Positions 6,515 through 16,371 of a DNA stretch of 32,000 nt are shown here, one piece after another. Origin of the DNA: Candidatus Bathyarchaeota archaeon. GTDB taxonomy: Archaea > Thermoproteota > Bathyarchaeia > Bathyarchaeales > Bathyarchaeaceae. Each line of letters starts with the position of its first letter. Position 1 is the first letter of the stretch. The notes under the pieces are model-generated. The model was given only the letters and a program-made list of their open reading frames with translations, ran no database searches and was not told where the DNA came from. Where the stretch lies: the NCBI GenBank assembly GCA_020348865.1, contig CP070754.1, positions 962,938 through 994,937 on the forward strand. Direction: 5' to 3'. Both the position numbers and the translations under genes were made by a program.

Positions 6515-7795
6515 ATGTGGTTTACGAATGCGATTGGCCAGTTTAGAGACTTTCTGCGGCAGGAGTTCTCTTTCATTACTGGTAACTATCGGATTCTTGT
6601 GTTCAGTTGGATGATAATGGATATCGCATTTGAGATGCCAGCGTCAAATTTCCAGTATTATGTTGAAGCTCTAGGAGGACCACCTGTAGCGTTGGGATTG
6701 ATAGGGCTTGGTAACTTCCTAGCTTTGGCGATTGTAGCCTTTCCTGGTGGTTATCTTGCAGATAAATTTGGTAGGCGTTGGCTGATTTCCACAATGACTT
6801 TTGCGATAGCCTTGTCGTTTCTCTTTTTTGCCTTGGCTCCTTCTTGGGAATTTGTATTGTTCGGGTCAATTATTGGTAGTCTCTGTCTAATTTATCAGCC
6901 AGCCTTGTTTGCAATGGTTCAGGATTCATTGCCTCCGGAGCGTAGAGGTATGGGTTCGTCAATCATCCAGCTCATTCATGGCACATTTAATACTCCAGGT
7001 CCCGTAATTGCCATTTTCATTTTCGGCTGGTTTGGGAAAGTGACGGGTCAAAGGGTCATTTACTTCTTGATGACTGGACTTTTTCTTGCAGCGGCTGTGT
7101 TGCGGCTTAGGCTGAAGGAGACAGTGACAGATGGGAAACCAATTCGACTCAGTTATTTCATTTCTTCATATCCTAAGGCGGTAAGAGAGAGTTTCGGTGT
7201 TTGGAAGGTTTTGCCTAGAACTGTGTTGTGGCTGTTTCTGGTCAGAACATTTGTGATGTTTGGGATGTCTCTCACAAACGTCATCAACGCGCTTTACGCT
7301 AGGGACGTGTTGGGAATACCAGAGGGTCAGTGGTATTTCGTGCATATTCCTCTCTTAGTAACTATGGTGGTGGCATCTCTCCCTATCGGCAAAATGGTTG
7401 ACAAAGTCGGACGGAAGGTTCCGATAGTTCTCGGCTTGTGTGCGCTCAGTGTGGGCACGATGGTTTTCGCCTTTGGCGACTTCTTAATGGTTCTGATTTC
7501 GATGTCCTTGTTCGGCATTGCTTTCATGATGGTCATGTCAGGGGTAATGGCGCTTTCAGCAGATCTCATAGAGCCTAAGAACAGGGGCAAAGTGATTGGA
7601 TTCAACAATTTCGTTGGCTACATCGTCATGGGCATCGGAATGCTGATCGGAGGGGGTCTCTATGAAAGCATGTTGCCTCAAGCGCCCTTCTTCACGCGTC
7701 TTGGATTTACGCTCGTAGCGCTATTTGTCGTTCTCCTCTTGGTGCACGAACCTAAGAAGACAGTAGAGGCAGTCACGTCACTACAAAATTCTTAG
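6515..7795 (+). CDS. MFS transporter
   Basis: About 12 hydrophobic helices, an MFS motif-A-like 'GGYLADKFGRRW' after TM2, and a second 'GKMVDKVGRK' in the C-terminal half. I prefer the ATG at 6515 because of the upstream TATA. Confidence 0.85.
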   Translation: MWFTNAIGQFRDFLRQEFSFITGNYRILVFSWMIMDIAFEMPASNFQYYVEALGGPPVALGLIGLGNFLALAIVAFPGGYLADKFGRRWLISTMTFAIALSFLFFALAPSWEFVLFGSIIGSLCLIYQPALFAMVQDSLPPERRGMGSSIIQLIHGTFNTPGPVIAIFIFGWFGKVTGQRVIYFLMTGLFLAAAVLRLRLKETVTDGKPIRLSYFISSYPKAVRESFGVWKVLPRTVLWLFLVRTFVMFGMSLTNVINALYARDVLGIPEGQWYFVHIPLLVTMVVASLPIGKMVDKVGRKVPIVLGLCALSVGTMVFAFGDFLMVLISMSLFGIAFMMVMSGVMALSADLIEPKNRGKVIGFNNFVGYIVMGIGMLIGGGLYESMLPQAPFFTRLGFTLVALFVVLLLVHEPKKTVEAVTSLQNS

Positions 7796-7856
7796 CAATA
7801 TGATAAAATGCATGTTTTTGTATTGACTTCAGGGGTCTTCTTGCTCAACGAATTTT

Positions 7857-8549
7857 TTAGTCTATGCCTCTGATGAGTCTGAATATCAATTCAACCATAG
7901 CAATATAGAAGTTGTTTTCAACTGGTCGCACGAATTGCGGATAGTAATGGAAGTATGGTCTCAAAACCCACGCTAATTGCGTTCCAACAAGTATAAAGAT
8001 TATGCTTCCAACGAAGAAGGCTGGAATCCAACTCATTCCAGGATATATTGTGACGAATCCTCTCAGAAGGAATTCGAGTGCAAAGAACCCTGCAAGGGCG
8101 AAGATCGCCACGTTCAAGATGACAAGAAAGGCGTAGGTTGAATAAGTTGTGTTTGCGGTTGTCAATATAAAGAACAAGTTCAAGGGTACTAATGCAAGGA
8201 GAACGGTTGACATAACAGTTAGACTTGAGAGCAGAAGGATCATTACTTGGCTGAATGAGTATTTTCCTCCGAAAAGCGAACTAAGCACGTAGAAGCTTGG
8301 AGCAGTTATGTATAGAGAAAACAGAAGCAGCATTGGAATCTTTGCTGCGTCATATAGAACCTGCGGTCCACCAGGGTATACGCCCATAGTTGCGCCATAG
8401 ACAGCAGAGAAAACAATGATAGTTAGATTGGAATTGACAAAATAGGTCTTGAGCTCTTTTTCCTCCACCAAGTTTTCGAAGAATTCCTTTCTCCGCTTGA
8501 TAAACTCCTCGACAACAGAGAATCTTGCCAGAAAGTTTGACCGGGACAT
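7857..8549 (-). CDS. Hypothetical polytopic membrane protein (about 6 TM helices)
   Basis: A 230-aa ORF with a charged N-terminal ~40 aa followed by six hydrophobic segments. It is co-oriented with, and 91 nt downstream of, the beta-propeller gene. Confidence 0.7.
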   Translation of the reverse strand: MSRSNFLARFSVVEEFIKRRKEFFENLVEEKELKTYFVNSNLTIIVFSAVYGATMGVYPGGPQVLYDAAKIPMLLLFSLYITAPSFYVLSSLFGGKYSFSQVMILLLSSLTVMSTVLLALVPLNLFFILTTANTTYSTYAFLVILNVAIFALAGFFALEFLLRGFVTIYPGMSWIPAFFVGSIIFILVGTQLAWVLRPYFHYYPQFVRPVENNFYIAMVELIFRLIRGID

Positions 8550-8640
8550 TTCTCTCTGATATTACTTACAGGCTTAAGAGCTAAAAAATCATCGGTAGCG
8601 GCGTGCACGAATGCTAGCGAGTGAGAAGAAAAAAGGGGTT

Positions 8641-10512
8641 CTAGGGAAGTTCGATCTCCAGTATTGGTGACAAGTCATCCAGCTGGTTCAATCCTACTTT
8701 CCGACCTGAAATGGTGTAGAGCACGTTTTCTATGTACACTGATCTCTTGACCCAGAGGCTTTGCTCGTGGATGCTCATTCCATTCTCCAGATGCGTTATT
8801 CTACCCTCCAACTGAAAGCCGTGAAACAGGGAGACATCAAAGATGTATGCTCCTTGCCACACTGGTTCTCCATAAGCGTTAGGAGGAACTTGGCCACCAT
8901 ATTTGGTTATGTCTATTTCTGCTTCCAGGATTGGCATTACTAGAAGGGTCCTTGCTTTGTCAAATAGGAACGCTTTGTGGTCGTAGAGGACTGGGGAGTC
9001 GGAGCCTCTGTCGCCTATTATGATATTATCCATCTGGACGGGGTTTGTGACATTGCTCACGTCGAAGAGGGACATCTTGATTCCTTGGTACCATGCGAAG
9101 TCTCCTTGGTCGGCTTCAACTGTATGTTTACCCACTCCAATCAAATGGTTTTCATCATAGGGATGTAAATAGTCTGAGTATCCTGGTATGTGTAGTTCTC
9201 CGAGAACTGACAAGTTGGTTGGCTGGCTTACGTCTATCACAAACAGTGGGTCGGTTTTCTTGAAAGTTACGAAGTAAGCTCGGTCTCCCATGAATCTGGC
9301 GGAATGGAAGTTCTCACCGGGCGCAAGCCCTTCCAGCTTTCCAACCACGCTTAGATTCATGTCCAGTACATATAGGTTGGTTTGGGTAGTCCAGTATGGC
9401 GTCCACGACGTTGTTTCGATTCTGAAGTAGTCGTTGTATTCATCCATTGAGAATTGATTGCGTTCATGTCCTGGGACTGTGCCTCGGGCTTCACAGGTCA
9501 TGTTGTTGCCTTGTACGCGTATGCGGTGGATGGTGGTGTTGCCATTCCATCCTCGGTAAGTGACGTATATGTTGTTTAGTGAAACATACATGCTGCATGT
9601 GCCGCCAAGCATGATGGGCAAGTAGACTGGTGCCTCGGTTGTGTTTTTCAAGTTCATGGCCACAAATGTTGTGTATTGATAGTAGTCGTCTGTCCCGTTG
9701 AAGTAGCGGATTTCAGTGGGCGATATCTTTATGGTTTTCTGGTCAGAGTTGATTTCTGGAAGATACAGTATGTCATCAACCAAGTAAGCTGCTCTACTGG
9801 CGACGAAGTAGACGTAGTCGCCAATCATTCTTGAGCTGAAATAGCTACCTGAAACAGTGAAGTCACGCACCAGTGACGGATTACTTGGATCATCCACATC
9901 ATAGACTTTCATGAAAGTTTCGATGTCAGCAACGGGATACCTATCATATATCGTTGGGAATGTGTAATCTGATCCGAGAACTGCTAGCTTGTCGTCTTGG
10001 ACGAAGATGCCAATAAGATACAGATCCTCAAGGGTTATCTTTGAAACTATCTGTGCTTGTGCAGGAGGATAAGCCTTCAGAATGTGAACTGCGTTGCCTG
10101 ACACTACGTACATGTAGCCTCTGTCGTCAACCTTCACGATATCTGCTTCATCCACTCCCGTAACTTGGATGTTTGTGGTTGAATGAGAAGGAACAGCACT
10201 GGCCTCTAACCCAAGCCCATAAGACTCGAGCAAGCGTTGGGCGCCCAAGAATATTGCATCTTCAGCTCCGTAGATCCAGAAGGGTGATTGAGTTTTCGAG
10301 TTGGTTGTCAGGAAGTTCTTCAGCTCTTCATCAGATTGAAATGTTGAGAGAAGTTGAGTTGGTGGCGCTGAGATTGGAGAAGCACCTGGCGTATAATCAA
10401 GTGGATTAAGGTTGATGCTTAAGATTGCTGCGGTCAGAATTGAAGCGAGGAGAATGGCAGCAAGTCCGGTGAAGAGTGATTGTCTCTTGATTTTTCTTTC
10501 CATAGTATTCAT
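8641..10512 (-). CDS. Secreted or membrane-anchored beta-propeller domain protein (COG4880/PF09826-like)
   Basis: An N-terminal signal anchor ('LFTGLAAILLASILTAAILSI') precedes 'NIQVTGVDEADIVKVDDRGYMYVVSGN'. That segment matches the 'TNVQ..GVDEADIVKTDG.YIY' hallmark of this family. The rest is long and beta-rich. Confidence 0.75.
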   Translation of the reverse strand: MNTMERKIKRQSLFTGLAAILLASILTAAILSINLNPLDYTPGASPISAPPTQLLSTFQSDEELKNFLTTNSKTQSPFWIYGAEDAIFLGAQRLLESYGLGLEASAVPSHSTTNIQVTGVDEADIVKVDDRGYMYVVSGNAVHILKAYPPAQAQIVSKITLEDLYLIGIFVQDDKLAVLGSDYTFPTIYDRYPVADIETFMKVYDVDDPSNPSLVRDFTVSGSYFSSRMIGDYVYFVASRAAYLVDDILYLPEINSDQKTIKISPTEIRYFNGTDDYYQYTTFVAMNLKNTTEAPVYLPIMLGGTCSMYVSLNNIYVTYRGWNGNTTIHRIRVQGNNMTCEARGTVPGHERNQFSMDEYNDYFRIETTSWTPYWTTQTNLYVLDMNLSVVGKLEGLAPGENFHSARFMGDRAYFVTFKKTDPLFVIDVSQPTNLSVLGELHIPGYSDYLHPYDENHLIGVGKHTVEADQGDFAWYQGIKMSLFDVSNVTNPVQMDNIIIGDRGSDSPVLYDHKAFLFDKARTLLVMPILEAEIDITKYGGQVPPNAYGEPVWQGAYIFDVSLFHGFQLEGRITHLENGMSIHEQSLWVKRSVYIENVLYTISGRKVGLNQLDDLSPILEIELP

Positions 10513-10535
10513 CTACCTCTCTATTGAGGATTCTC

Positions 10536-10560
10536 TGGTATTTTATACCAAGCCTTGGTA
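10536..10560 (-). promoter_or_regulatory. TATA box nested in TGGTA/TACCA inverted repeats (promoter or operator of the beta-propeller gene)
   Basis: The plus strand reads TGGTAttttaTACCAagccTTGGTA. The minus strand reads ...GGTATAAAATACC... about 35 nt upstream of the ATG at 10512, with GAGGT just before the start codon. Confidence 0.45.
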
Positions 10561-11033
10561 CAGTTTGTTCCAGAAACTAGTACACAATGAATGTGTATGC
10601 ACATGAAGTCACTAGTCTGTATGGAGTTAGCAGTCTGTTTTAGGGACAGCTTGATGAGCCTGTTCGAAAATCCAGAATGTCTGGTTGCTTTGATTCCTAG
10701 TGGAAGGCGCGGTCTCTCAGAAAAAGAATGATCGCGGTCAAGAAAAGCAGGAAGGCTACTTCATTCGATGCATTTGAAAGAGAGAATGATACATCCGTCG
10801 TTTTTTGTAGTGTAAGTACATACGCGAGGGCAAGCGAGATTTCGAACAACCCAGTAACCTTATACAAAACGGAGTTCTTGAAACAACTTGTATACACGTA
10901 TACTATCGACGAATCACGCTTCCGCAAATTAATATGATTTGCGAATTCTGAATCAAGAGTCAGAATCACTCTCTCTTCGGTCATACATGTATATGATGGC
11001 AGGGTGGATCGGAGTGAGAGAGAGCGAATGGGG

Positions 11034-11600
11034 CTAACGTCGAGTTACCAGTAGCGCCCCGTGTTCAATCACCAAGTCAACTAGGGCTTCCTTTTCCAGA
11101 CCTTTCCTCTCCAGTTTTGCTTCGAATTCAAGATCCGAAATGCTGAACAACTTCCTGATGCCCGCTACCTTTTCATCGGTCAATCGAAAAACGCTATCAT
11201 CACGTTCACCAGGCATCATCTGAGAAACCGTTTCCAAGACTGCATTCGCCCCTCGTTCTGTGTCGGCCATGACAAGAACCGCAACACGTGGGGACTCGTT
11301 TTTGATTCCAAGCAGATTCACAGCTTTGTTGATCTGGCGTTGAGATGAAGCGTAAAGAAGAGTTTCAATGGCTAGGCTGTTTGAGATGTTGAGTTTGCTT
11401 TCGAAGGCTTTCATAGCGTTTAAGACTGCAAAATACAGGTGTTCCCATCCTGCTATCAGGTCGGCGTTAAGGAACTGAATTTGGACGTCTCTAGTCATCT
11501 TTCGAATTTGGCTAAAGAAGCTCTTTGCATCAGTTATTTTGGCGTCTCTGAAACCAGCTAGAGCGATGTACTTGCCAAAGTCTTCTACCTTTTTGATCAA
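11034..11600 (-). CDS. cgi121: KEOPS complex subunit Cgi121
   Basis: 'IQFLNADLIAGWEHLYFAVLNAM', 'ETLLYASSQRQINKAVNLLG' and 'DDSVFRLTDEK' are collinear with archaeal Cgi121 (FQILNADVV..., EILVRASGQRQIHEAIKIIG, DDSVLEINEDK). The TTG start overlaps the upstream stop as TTGA. Confidence 0.75.
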   Translation of the reverse strand: MIKKVEDFGKYIALAGFRDAKITDAKSFFSQIRKMTRDVQIQFLNADLIAGWEHLYFAVLNAMKAFESKLNISNSLAIETLLYASSQRQINKAVNLLGIKNESPRVAVLVMADTERGANAVLETVSQMMPGERDDSVFRLTDEKVAGIRKLFSISDLEFEAKLERKGLEKEALVDLVIEHGALLVTRR

Positions 11601-12196
11601 GCCTGTCCCTCAGAAACTTCTCGAATAAATCGCTTTGCAAGTTTGCGGTTCATTCCATGCTTCACGAATTTTTCTTCAACTTCCTCGATGTTTCTTCCTT
11701 GACGTGTGTACTGCTCGACAAGTTTTCTAACGGTCTCTTTTCTCTCCCAAGGAAAAACAACCCAAGCGCTTGATTCCCTTTCGTAATAGTCTGGAGTCAC
11801 CACACTCCAAGGTTTGTAGTAGATTGTAGCAATCCTGATCTTAGTTGCGCCCTGCTCCTTTAGATGCAGTCTCATAAGACGAAGGCTCTTACCTGTATCC
11901 GCGATTTCATCTACGACTAGCACCTTTTTGTCCCGCACTGAAACGGAAACTGGCTGTGTTATGGTAGGTTCGCCTTTGGTTTCTGCAACTCCCATGTAGA
12001 ATTCCGTTTTAGCATTTGCAAGTTCAGGGTTTTCCAGCAGGTCAGACAGCACCCTTGCTGGAGGCCACCCTCCGCGGGAAATGCCTAGAATCACATCTGG
12101 TTGAAATTGGTCTTTTCGGATTTTGCTGGCAAGGCTCAGAAGCATTTCATAGACCTGCTCCCATGTGGGGATCTCTAGTTCCAGCTCTGAGCCCAA
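11597..12196 (-). CDS. Purine (xanthine/guanine/hypoxanthine, Gpt-like) phosphoribosyltransferase
   Basis: 'IPTWEQVYEML...ILGISRGGWPPARVLSDLL', the PRPP loop 'VLVVDEIADTGKSL' and 'WVVFPWE' parallel E. coli Gpt. I prefer the TTG at 12196, which has GAGGAG 7-8 nt upstream. The ORF-track start (TTG 12244) is the alternative. Confidence 0.8.
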   Translation of the reverse strand: MGSELELEIPTWEQVYEMLLSLASKIRKDQFQPDVILGISRGGWPPARVLSDLLENPELANAKTEFYMGVAETKGEPTITQPVSVSVRDKKVLVVDEIADTGKSLRLMRLHLKEQGATKIRIATIYYKPWSVVTPDYYERESSAWVVFPWERKETVRKLVEQYTRQGRNIEEVEEKFVKHGMNRKLAKRFIREVSEGQA

Positions 12197-12311
12197 GATT
12201 CTTCTCCTCGGGAAAAGCGGAATAAGAGTTGGAGCAACTGACAATTTAAGGGTTGTCGCCTAACGTACGAGTGGCGTCAAACTACTACTCTAAAAGAACT
12301 TAAGGTTCAAT

Positions 12312-12321
12312 CATAATATAG
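12312..12321. promoter_or_regulatory. AT-rich TATA-like element in the divergent PRT / hut intergenic region
   Basis: CATAATATAG lies about 35 nt upstream of the TTG at 12354 (hut operon). It is the only strongly AT-rich block in the 12245-12353 spacer. Confidence 0.4.
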
Positions 12322-12353
12322 TAGTTCAAATCTTGAAAGCGGAGGGCGCATGT

Positions 12354-13268
12354 TTGAACCAGGTCGTTGAGTGCATACCGAATTTCAGTACATCCAATCC
12401 TGAAGTTGTGGAAGCCATCCTAAACGAGGTTGACAGAGTTGAAGAAGCTCATCTCCTTGATCACACGTACGATGATTACTATAACAGACTCGTGGTCTCC
12501 TACGTGGGTGACAGTAAGGCGGTATTCAAAGCGGCTTTGAACTCATCGGTGAAAGCGATCGAACTCATAGATATGAACAGCCACAAAGGTCAGCATCCAC
12601 GTATCGGAGCTGTGGATGTTGTGCCGTTTATTCCAATCCGAAACGTCAGCATGGAAGAGTGCGTCGAGCTGGCAAAGAAATTTGGAAAGAAACTGGCAGA
12701 AGAATGCAACGTACCGGTTTATCTCTATGGAAAGGCAGCTGCAAGTCCCGACAGAGGTGATCTGGACTGGATAAGGCTTGGTGGATATGAAGACCTCCGA
12801 AGAATGCTCAGCAAACCAGAACGGAAGCCGGACTTTGGACCTGCTTCCCCCCATCCCACAGCAGGAGCAACTGTGTCTGGTGCCCGAAAGATAATGGCAG
12901 GCTTCAACGTGAACCTTGGAACAACTGACATCAAAATAGCCAAGAAGATAGCCAAGGCATTGCATGCTAAGAAGGGAGGACTTGCCTTTGTGAAAGCGAT
13001 GGCTGCGGAAATACCAGAGAAGGGCATCACTCAAATTGGAATGAGCATAACCGACTTTGAAAAAACGCCTTTATACAGAGTCTTTGAGTTGATTCAGGTT
13101 GAGGCAAAACGGTATAATGTTTCTGTTGTGGGCTCAGAATTTTGTGGACTAGCCCCGCTACAAGCGATTATTGACATCGCTAGCTACTATCTGAAAGTAG
13201 ATAATCTGGATGAAGATAGAGTCTTAGAAGTTGCTGTGCAAAACGCCATGGAAGAAAGGCGAGAGTAA
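12354..13268 (+). CDS. ftcD: Glutamate formimidoyltransferase (FTCD N-terminal-type domain only)
   Basis: 'VVECIPNFSTS' matches the family N-terminus 'VECVPNFSEGR'. The length fits the transferase domain without the cyclodeaminase domain. The TTG at 12354 is preceded by GGAGGG (12341-12346); TTG 12333 is the alternative. Confidence 0.85.
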   Translation: MNQVVECIPNFSTSNPEVVEAILNEVDRVEEAHLLDHTYDDYYNRLVVSYVGDSKAVFKAALNSSVKAIELIDMNSHKGQHPRIGAVDVVPFIPIRNVSMEECVELAKKFGKKLAEECNVPVYLYGKAAASPDRGDLDWIRLGGYEDLRRMLSKPERKPDFGPASPHPTAGATVSGARKIMAGFNVNLGTTDIKIAKKIAKALHAKKGGLAFVKAMAAEIPEKGITQIGMSITDFEKTPLYRVFELIQVEAKRYNVSVVGSEFCGLAPLQAIIDIASYYLKVDNLDEDRVLEVAVQNAMEERRE

Positions 13269-13269
13269 A

Positions 13270-14547
13270 GTGGTCAAAGAAAAGGTAGACTTGCTGATTG
13301 AAAACGCAGGTGAACTGGTTACTCTACGTGGGGGAGCTCAAACACCGCTTCTACGTGAACAAATGAGAAGATTAGGCGCCATCAAAGGCGGAAGCGTGGC
13401 CATCAGAAAAGGAAGAATAGTCGCCTTGGGAAAGACGCGGCAGGTCAAGAGGAGATTTGGAAGCGAAGAAACGATAGATGCCAGCGGGAAATTGGTTATG
13501 CCAGGTTTCGTGGATCCGCACACGCACCTCGTTTTCGCTGGCTCCAGAGAAGACGAATCTGAAATGCGGATACACGGTGCGTCATACATGGAAATCTTGG
13601 AGAAAGGAGGCGGAATTCTGAGGACTGTAAACGACACGAGAAAGGCTAGCAAGGAAATGCTGTTTGAGAACTGCAAGAAAACTTTGGATGTTATGTTACA
13701 GCATGGAACAACGACCGTGGAAGCCAAGAGTGGTTATGGACTGACCACAGAAGAGGAGATAAAATGCTTGGAAGTGATGAAATTGTTGAACCAGAAACAT
13801 CCAGTCGATGTAGTGTCCACATTCCTTGGGGCTCACGCCGTCCCAGCAGAGTACAAGGGCAAGGTGGACGAATATGTGAACCTCGTGATAGACGATATGA
13901 TCCCTGTAGTTGCAGAGAGAGGGTTAGCGGAGTTCTGCGATGTTTTTTGTGAAAAGGGAGTATTTGACATAGAGCAGTCGAGAAGAATTCTCTCAAATGG
14001 TAGAAAACACGGTTTGCTGCCTAAACTTCACGCAGACGAATTGAGTGGGCTTGGAGGAACTGAGCTAGCTGCAGAGATGAAAGCGGTTTCAGCGGACCAC
14101 CTGCTCTTCGCTTCTAACGAGGGGTTGAGGGCGATGGCAAAGCAATGGACACTTGCGGTTTTGCTTCCAGCGGCTTCTTTCTCGCTTATGATGGATGAGT
14201 ATGCGAATGCTAGAAAGATTATTCATTTTGGGGTGCCCGTTGCTTTGGGAACAGATTACAATCCGAGTTGCTGGGTGGAGAATCAGCAGATTACTTTCGC
14301 TTTTGCTTGTCGCAAGATGAGGATGACATCTGCGGAGGCAATAGCGGCGACAACCATCAACGCAGCTCACGCAGTAGGGCGAGCACAGAGTGTTGGAACT
14401 CTGGAGCCCGGAAAAAAGGCGGACATCATTGTTTTAGACGTTTCCAACCACAATTTTCTCGGATACCGATTTGGAGTGAACCTAGTGGACAAAGTGATAA
14501 AAGAAGGCAGACTTGTTGTGGATGAAGGAAAAGCAATTAACAAATAG
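13270..14547 (+). CDS. hutI: Imidazolonepropionase
   Basis: 'MPGFVDPHTHLVFAGSRE', 'TTVEAKSGYGL', 'HADE' and 'GTDYNP' are amidohydrolase/HutI metal-site motifs. GTG at 13270 sits one nt after the ftcD stop; the ORF-track start is 13231. Confidence 0.9.
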   Translation: MVKEKVDLLIENAGELVTLRGGAQTPLLREQMRRLGAIKGGSVAIRKGRIVALGKTRQVKRRFGSEETIDASGKLVMPGFVDPHTHLVFAGSREDESEMRIHGASYMEILEKGGGILRTVNDTRKASKEMLFENCKKTLDVMLQHGTTTVEAKSGYGLTTEEEIKCLEVMKLLNQKHPVDVVSTFLGAHAVPAEYKGKVDEYVNLVIDDMIPVVAERGLAEFCDVFCEKGVFDIEQSRRILSNGRKHGLLPKLHADELSGLGGTELAAEMKAVSADHLLFASNEGLRAMAKQWTLAVLLPAASFSLMMDEYANARKIIHFGVPVALGTDYNPSCWVENQQITFAFACRKMRMTSAEAIAATTINAAHAVGRAQSVGTLEPGKKADIIVLDVSNHNFLGYRFGVNLVDKVIKEGRLVVDEGKAINK

Positions 14548-14583
14548 TAGACAACGTCTCTTCTCATTCTGTAACTTTATGCG

Positions 14584-16242
14584 GTGACCTCATTGAGAAA
14601 AGCCGTAAAGCGCTTAACGGGTTCTGAACTTCACTGCAAGAATTGGCAGATTGAGGGCATCCTCCGTATGCTACACAACATGGTTGACCCAGAGGTTGCT
14701 AAAGACCCAGAACATCTGATAGTTTACGGTGGCACAGGAAAAGCAGCCAGGAATTGGGAATGCTTTGAAAAGATTGTTGAAACCCTGAAGGAACTGGAAC
14801 CTGAAGAAACACTTCTTATACAAAGCGGAAAACCTGTGGCAGTGTTTAAGACACATGAGTGGAGCCCACGAGTGCTAATCGTTAACAGTATGCTTGTGCC
14901 AAAGTGGGCAACATGGGACTACTTCTACGAACTAGAACAGAAAGGACTGATAATGTATGGGCAGATGACCGCAGGCTCCTGGGCTTACATTGGAACACAG
15001 GGAATACTGCAGGGCACCTATGAAACATTAGCGGCAGTGGCGAAGGAACACTTCAAGGGCAGCTTGAAGGGAAAGCTTTTGCTGACGGCTGGACTGGGCG
15101 AGATGGGTGGGGCTCAACCATTGGCTGTGACAATGAATGAGGGTGTCGCCCTAGTCGTTGAAATCGACAAGAGAGCGATTGAAAGAAGACTGAAATACGG
15201 ATACGTTCAAACGTGGACTGATGACCTTAACAACGCAATCGACATGGCTCAACAATCAAAGGAAGAAAAGGCGCCAAAGAGTATAGGATTACTCGGAAAT
15301 GCAGCGGAAGTTCATCCTGAGCTTCTGAAAAGAAGAATAATCCCGGACGTTTTAACCGACCAGACAGCCGCACACGACCTACTCTCCGGGTACTATCCTT
15401 CTGGGCTTTCTGTAGAAGAGGCAGACGCACTTCGAGATTCGAATCCCAAAGACTACATCCTCAAAGCCCGGAAAAGCGTTCATGTTCAAGTAAAAGCTAT
15501 GGTGGAAATGATGAGGAAAGGAGCCATCACATTTGAATACGGCAACAACATACGACAGCAAGCCTACGATGACGGATTCAAAGAAGCCTTTGCTTTTCCA
15601 GGGTTCGTGCAAAGATACATTAGACCCATGTTTTGCGAGGGACGAGGTCCCTTTCGATGGACATCTCTCATCGGCAACCCAGAAGACATCTACAGGCTGG
15701 ACGATGTGATTCTGCGGGAATTCTCACACAACGAGGGGCTGTGCAGGTGGATCCACAAGGCAAAGGAACAGGTGAAGTTTCAAGGCCTGCCCGCTCGGGT
15801 TTGCTGGCTTGGTTTCGGCGAAAGAGCTAGATTAGGAAAAATCATGAACGATATGGTTCGTGAAGGAAAACTTTCAGGTCCGATATGGATTGGAAGAGAT
15901 CATTTAGACGGGGGAAGCGTGGCTTCGCCAAACCGTGAGACGGAGAGCATGAAAGATGGAAGCGATGCAATTGCAGATTGGCCTATCTTGAACGCGCTTC
16001 TCAACGCTGTAGCTGGAGCCACTTGGGTTTCCGTACATCATGGTGGAGGCGTCGGAATAGGCTACAGTATTCACGCAGGAATGTGCTTGGTTGCCGACGG
16101 TACGAAAGAAGCAGAAAAAAGGCTTGTCACAGTGTTAACCACTGACCCAGGAACGGCTGTTGTCCGGCACGTTGACGCGGGTTACGAAAAGGCCAAGAGG
16201 ATAGCGAAAGAGAAAGAAATCAAAATGCCAATGTTGAAATAG
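14584..16242 (+). CDS. hutU: Urocanate hydratase
   Basis: A full-length 552-aa match to urocanase: '[17 protein letters not shown]', '[23 protein letters not shown]', '[12 protein letters not shown]'. GTG start. Confidence 0.92.
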   Translation: MTSLRKAVKRLTGSELHCKNWQIEGILRMLHNMVDPEVAKDPEHLIVYGGTGKAARNWECFEKIVETLKELEPEETLLIQSGKPVAVFKTHEWSPRVLIVNSMLVPKWATWDYFYELEQKGLIMYGQMTAGSWAYIGTQGILQGTYETLAAVAKEHFKGSLKGKLLLTAGLGEMGGAQPLAVTMNEGVALVVEIDKRAIERRLKYGYVQTWTDDLNNAIDMAQQSKEEKAPKSIGLLGNAAEVHPELLKRRIIPDVLTDQTAAHDLLSGYYPSGLSVEEADALRDSNPKDYILKARKSVHVQVKAMVEMMRKGAITFEYGNNIRQQAYDDGFKEAFAFPGFVQRYIRPMFCEGRGPFRWTSLIGNPEDIYRLDDVILREFSHNEGLCRWIHKAKEQVKFQGLPARVCWLGFGERARLGKIMNDMVREGKLSGPIWIGRDHLDGGSVASPNRETESMKDGSDAIADWPILNALLNAVAGATWVSVHHGGGVGIGYSIHAGMCLVADGTKEAEKRLVTVLTTDPGTAVVRHVDAGYEKAKRIAKEKEIKMPMLK

Positions 16243-16371
16243 TGCTTCTCGCGATGCATGAAGGAGCCGAAACGTGGAGCAATGCACGGTGACACCCACA
16301 TACCCTGAAGAAAACAAGCCTAAAACTCACTTCCTCCTAATGCACTTGATTAGACGTTCAGATTCAAGGAG

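Noticed and set aside
12290-12335. T-loop-like strings (AAGGTTCAATC, AGTTCAAATCT) that might indicate a tRNA or tRNA fragment. AGGTTCGAAG motifs also occur on the minus strand at 24641-24650 and 24801-24810.
   Set aside because: No flanking 5-bp T-stem, acceptor stem or anticodon arm can be built around any of them. They sit in an AT-rich promoter spacer or in the non-coding gap.
12543-13034. Minus-strand ORFs of 163 and 101 aa inside the formimidoyltransferase gene. Similar nested antisense ORFs occur inside hutI, hutU, hutH, the propeller gene and the permease.
   Set aside because: All lie inside confidently identified enzyme genes, have biased low-complexity compositions and lack initiation signals.
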